NCBI GenBank assembly: GCA_045643205.1
Contig: JAZUKI010000010.1
Location: 128,001-192,000 of the forward strand
DNA from: Clostridia bacterium
GTDB taxonomy: Bacteria > Bacillota > Clostridia > TANB77 > CAG-508
Direction: 5' to 3'
DNA length: 64,000 nt
A program made the position numbers and the translations under genes. The notes below the pieces were generated by a model that did no database searches, had not been told where the DNA came from, and worked only from the letters and a program-made list of their open reading frames with translations. This document shows, one piece after another, positions 60,364-64,000 of the stretch (the first letter of the stretch is position 1; the number at the start of each line of letters is the position of its first letter).

Positions 60364-60699
60364 ATGGATTTATTTTTAAAATGGGAAAAAGATGAAGAAG
60401 TTTTTGTATTAGGAAAACTTTCTAAGAAAGAAAATAAATATTTTTTTGAAGTAGATAAAGAAGATTTTAAAAATGCAATTAGAAATGGTTGCATTGGAAT
60501 ACCTGGATTTAAATTAGGTGAAACTCATTTTGAAAGTGATGAACTGTTTAAATTTTTTAAAAATAGAATTATTTCAGAAGACAGAGAAGATATTAAAGAA
60601 ATTTTAAAAAAATACAATTTAGAAGAGTATGATGATATGAAATTATTAAAAGTAACAAAAGCAGAGTTAAATGGTGATAATTATTTTGTAGAGGAGTAG
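60364..60699 (+). CDS. HipA N-terminal-subdomain-like (HipS-like) protein
   Basis: LGKL...YFF..., IPGF...FESDELFKFFKNRI...REDI..IL..Y.L.EYD.M.LL..T......D.Y pattern; 3 nt upstream of a HipA-type kinase. Confidence 0.65.
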   Translation: MDLFLKWEKDEEVFVLGKLSKKENKYFFEVDKEDFKNAIRNGCIGIPGFKLGETHFESDELFKFFKNRIISEDREDIKEILKKYNLEEYDDMKLLKVTKAELNGDNYFVEE

Positions 60700-60702
60700 T
60701 TA

Positions 60703-61797
60703 ATGGCTAGAACAAATAGTAGTTTTAAAAAAAGTATAAAAAATAATATGGGTATGAATATTAGCGGAAATGAGTTTATTAACTATTTTGAAAAATACAA
60801 TGGGATATATTATATAAATCCTAAACAATATATTATATTAGCAGATTCTACAGATATTTATAAAAGTGCTAAAGGTTGGATTATTGCAACTCCAACATCA
60901 TTACAAGATATAACAGCTCCTAGAAAAGAATGCCTTTTAAAATTATATGGTTATGAAAATGATTGTGATGGACATACAAAAACTGATATGCAAATGTTAA
61001 AAGCTAATAATTATATTCTTTCAGAAATAGCAAAAGATTTTAAATTAGAAGCAGCAGATTATGCAAGATTTATAATTAATGATGGTATGGATGGCGAATT
61101 AGCTAGAGAAGAAAATTTCGAAAAGATAACAAGCAATGGTATCCAATATAGACTGCAACCCAATAAAGAATATATTTTAACACCATCATTTTTAAAAAAG
61201 GATGAATCACTAATTAAATTTGGAGATATAATTTCTGATAATATGGAAAACAATGTTACAGTTATTTGGAAACAATTAGAAAAGTTCCTAATTAGTAGAA
61301 ATATACCAAAAAATGATATAAGTGCTATAAGAAAACAATATGCATTAAAATCATTATTTGGAGCCTTTGTAGAACTAAATGACAATCATAATTATAATGA
61401 TGGCTTAGTTCTTACAGAAAATAGAACTAACAGATCAGCGAGATTAGCACCAGCATTTGATATGGATTATGCAATGGGAATTTATCATCTTTCTAGAGTT
61501 GGAGGTCCAATTACATTTATAAAAAGTGCAAGTAATGGCGGATTTGAATTTAGCGATATGTTAAAAGAATTTGAAAAGGATTTAACTAAACAAGATTTAG
61601 AAGAATTAATGATTAATATACATCCAGATAAGTTGGCAACTACTATATTAGAAGTAGATAAACAACATAAATTAGAATTAGCAGATAATGTTATAACAAG
61701 ATATATACAATTTTTTTGTAATAAATATAAAGAGATGGAAAATTTCTATGAGCATAAATATAATAAAGATATCGAAAGCAAAGAAAATAATTATTAG
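60703..61797 (+). CDS. HipA/CtkA-family Ser/Thr kinase-like protein
   Basis: LLK, SEIAKDFKL, TPSFL, catalytic loop NDNHNYN (DxHxxN), RLAPAFD. Confidence 0.75.
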   Translation: MARTNSSFKKSIKNNMGMNISGNEFINYFEKYNGIYYINPKQYIILADSTDIYKSAKGWIIATPTSLQDITAPRKECLLKLYGYENDCDGHTKTDMQMLKANNYILSEIAKDFKLEAADYARFIINDGMDGELAREENFEKITSNGIQYRLQPNKEYILTPSFLKKDESLIKFGDIISDNMENNVTVIWKQLEKFLISRNIPKNDISAIRKQYALKSLFGAFVELNDNHNYNDGLVLTENRTNRSARLAPAFDMDYAMGIYHLSRVGGPITFIKSASNGGFEFSDMLKEFEKDLTKQDLEELMINIHPDKLATTILEVDKQHKLELADNVITRYIQFFCNKYKEMENFYEHKYNKDIESKENNY

Positions 61798-62983
61798 TAT
61801 TTTAATTGCAATTCTATTAGTTATTTTATCAATTGGTGGATATTTCTTATATATAAATATAAGAGAAAATAATGAGTATGAAACAGCATTAACATTAATA
61901 GATGATTTAAATATAGAAGCAGGAAAATATATTAAATTAAGAGACTTAATAAGTAATTTAAATGGAACAGAAGAAGAAAATTTTATTATTAATACTTCAA
62001 AATGTGGGGAAAACATTATTACATTTAAGTATAAATGTCCACATGGAATAGAACATGAAAAAACATTTACTATTAATATAAAAGATACTATAGCTCCAAA
62101 GATTCTAAGTGATGACAGCTATACAATAACAAAAGGAAGCACAGAAGATTTAACTAAAAAGATATTTGCAGTAGATAATATTTGTGGAAAACTAAAAACA
62201 AAAATTATAGGTGATTATAATACAAACAAAGTAGGAAACTATAATGTTATTTTTTCAGCAAAAGATGATAATAATAACGAAAGCTTAAAAAATGTTACAT
62301 TTAAAGTAATTGAACCTAAAGAAACAAGCGATAATAAGACTACAAATAATAAATTAGAATATACAGATATAGTTAAAGAACATAAAAATAAAAATACTAA
62401 AATCGGTATTGATATTTCTGGCTATCAAAAAGACATTGATTGGGATATATTAAAAGCAAGAGGAATTGAATTTGCTTTTATCAAGATTGGATATCAAGAA
62501 GGATTTGGTGGCCAACTAGGATATGATTCTCGTTTTGAAAGAAATATGAGAGAAGCGAATAGAGTAGGAATTCCTGTTGGAGGATATTTCTTTTCATATG
62601 CAAAAACTCCAGATGAAATAAAAGAACAAACAAAATTTATTTCTGAAGGATTATCAAAGTATAAAGTTGATCTTCCAATTTATTTTGATTGGGAAGACTG
62701 GTCAGATATGAATAGACAAGAATTAAGCATATATGATATGAATTTAATGGCACATGTTTTCGATGAAGAAATTCAAAAATATGGATATAATTCTGGTTTG
62801 TATAGCAGTGCTTACTATTTAAAAAATATTTGGAATGGTGAAGAATTTAATAATATATGGATAGCACAATACAATAATGAGGTTACTTACAAAGGAAAAT
62901 ACTACATTTGGCAAAGATGTGACTATGGCCACATTGAAGGAATAGATGGAAGTCTAGATATAGACATTATGTATTTAAATTAA
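61748..62983 (+). CDS. Membrane-anchored GH25 lysozyme with Ig-like domains
   Basis: N-terminal TM; DTIAPKI, GDYNTNKVGNY (Ig-like); GIDISGYQ, YFDWED, WIAQY, LDIDI. Confidence 0.9.
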   Translation: MSINIIKISKAKKIIISILIAILLVILSIGGYFLYINIRENNEYETALTLIDDLNIEAGKYIKLRDLISNLNGTEEENFIINTSKCGENIITFKYKCPHGIEHEKTFTINIKDTIAPKILSDDSYTITKGSTEDLTKKIFAVDNICGKLKTKIIGDYNTNKVGNYNVIFSAKDDNNNESLKNVTFKVIEPKETSDNKTTNNKLEYTDIVKEHKNKNTKIGIDISGYQKDIDWDILKARGIEFAFIKIGYQEGFGGQLGYDSRFERNMREANRVGIPVGGYFFSYAKTPDEIKEQTKFISEGLSKYKVDLPIYFDWEDWSDMNRQELSIYDMNLMAHVFDEEIQKYGYNSGLYSSAYYLKNIWNGEEFNNIWIAQYNNEVTYKGKYYIWQRCDYGHIEGIDGSLDIDIMYLN

Positions 62984-63131
62984 AACAGTTATGAATTAAG
63001 TTTTTAATAAAATTAAGATTAAATTTTAATTTAATTAAGATTATATTTTTATTTAAAAGATTATATTTAATTAAGTACTTAAAAGGTTATTTTGCATAAT
63101 CAATAACCTAATATTATAAAAGAGGTATATT

Positions 63132-64000
63132 ATGGACATTATTAATGTAATAGCTACAGAGTTGGGTGTAAAGGACACTCAAGTACAAAAAACTATCGAG
63201 TTAATCGATCAAGGAAACACAGTTCCTTTTATTGCAAGATATAGAAAGGAAGTAACAGGAAATCTATCAGATGAACAATTAAGAGATTTAAATGATAGAC
63301 TAACTTATTTAAGAAACTTAGAAGCAAGAAAACAAGAAGTTACAACATCAATTGAAAATCAAGGAAAGATGACTGAAGAAATAGCAAATGCTTTATCGCT
63401 AGCTATGACTTTAGCTGATGTTGAAGATATTTACAGACCTTATAAGCAAAAGAAAAAAACAAGAGCAACAGTTGCAAAAGCTAAAGGTTTGGAACCACTT
63501 GCTAATGAAATATTTGCTCAAGAATCTACATCATCAATTTTTGAAGAAGCAAAGAATTATTTAAATGATGAAGTAGAAACTCCTGAGGATGCTTTAGCAG
63601 GAGCTAAAGATATAATTGCTGAACAAATTTCTGATGATACTGAATTCAGAAAAATGATTAAAAAAATATATAATAAAGAAGCTGTTATAAAAACAGAAGG
63701 AACTAAACCAGAAGAAAAAACAAATTATAATATGTATTATGAGTTTGAAGAAAAGGTTGGTTCAATTCCAAGTCACAGAATTCTAGCTATAAATAGAGGT
63801 GAAAAGGAAGAGTTCTTAAAAGTAAAAATAGCAAAACCAGATGACAAGATTCTTTATTCAATTGTTAAGAAAGTAATTAAAAATTGGGATGCTGTTTTAA
63901 AATTCAAAGATAACTTAACTGAAATTAATATAGATAATGTTACTTCCGATGTTTCAAGAGAAGAATTAATTGTTGAAGCAATTGTTGATGGATGGTACAG
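63132..64000 (+). CDS. tex: Tex family RNA-binding transcription accessory protein, 5' part (truncated by window)
   Basis: Manual translation: MDIINVIATELG...GNTVPFIARYRKEVTGNL...EDIYRPYKQKKKTRA...HRILAINRGEKE. Confidence 0.95.
   Translation, partial: MDIINVIATELGVKDTQVQKTIELIDQGNTVPFIARYRKEVTGNLSDEQLRDLNDRLTYLRNLEARKQEVTTSIENQGKMTEEIANALSLAMTLADVEDIYRPYKQKKKTRATVAKAKGLEPLANEIFAQESTSSIFEEAKNYLNDEVETPEDALAGAKDIIAEQISDDTEFRKMIKKIYNKEAVIKTEGTKPEEKTNYNMYYEFEEKVGSIPSHRILAINRGEKEEFLKVKIAKPDDKILYSIVKKVIKNWDAVLKFKDNLTEINIDNVTSDVSREELIVEAIVDGWY

Noticed and set aside
60110-63000. Integrative element at tRNA-Tyr
   Set aside because: No integrase and no repeated tRNA 3' end seen before tex
1-64000. 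Sense-codon (CGG/AGG) reassignment as reported in some low-GC Bacillota
   Set aside because: Conserved motifs translate normally with code 11, and I could not count these rare codons reliably by eye; needs Codetta on the full genome

Overview
A very AT-rich core-chromosome segment from a Clostridia-class (Bacillota) bacterium. Gene content and protein style suggest a genome-reduced, uncultured gut lineage such as TANB77 (inference). It has about 59 protein genes, nearly all on the + strand: tsaD (partial), ireB/reoM-ruvX-efp, glyA-thyX, split transketolase-galE, yebC-ychF, pyrH-frr-uppS-cdsA-polC, dinB, dnaE, asp23-amaP-nusB-xseAB, fhs, ftsY, pgsA, sigH, rqcH, an mreB paralogue, fadD and tex (partial). 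RNA genes are tmRNA and tRNA-Trp, -Thr, -Ile2 and -Tyr. No integrase, transposase, prophage or CRISPR array is visible. Most notable: (1) an orphan operon encoding a VirB2/TrbC-like pilin, a giant CpaE/TadZ-like protein with a modular low-complexity middle, and a dead GGDEF protein; (2) a tRNA-Trp(CCA) with a 4-bp anticodon stem together with zero TGA stops in 58 gene ends; (3) two orphan genes 32 kb apart sharing an identically spaced double WalR-type-box promoter; (4) isoprenoid genes missing from two conserved gene clusters; (5) a phage-type helicase and an ATP-dependent ligase embedded among housekeeping genes; (6) a HipS-like/HipA-kinase pair behind tRNA-Tyr; (7) two frameshifted tandem Tim44-zinc-ribbon paralogues.
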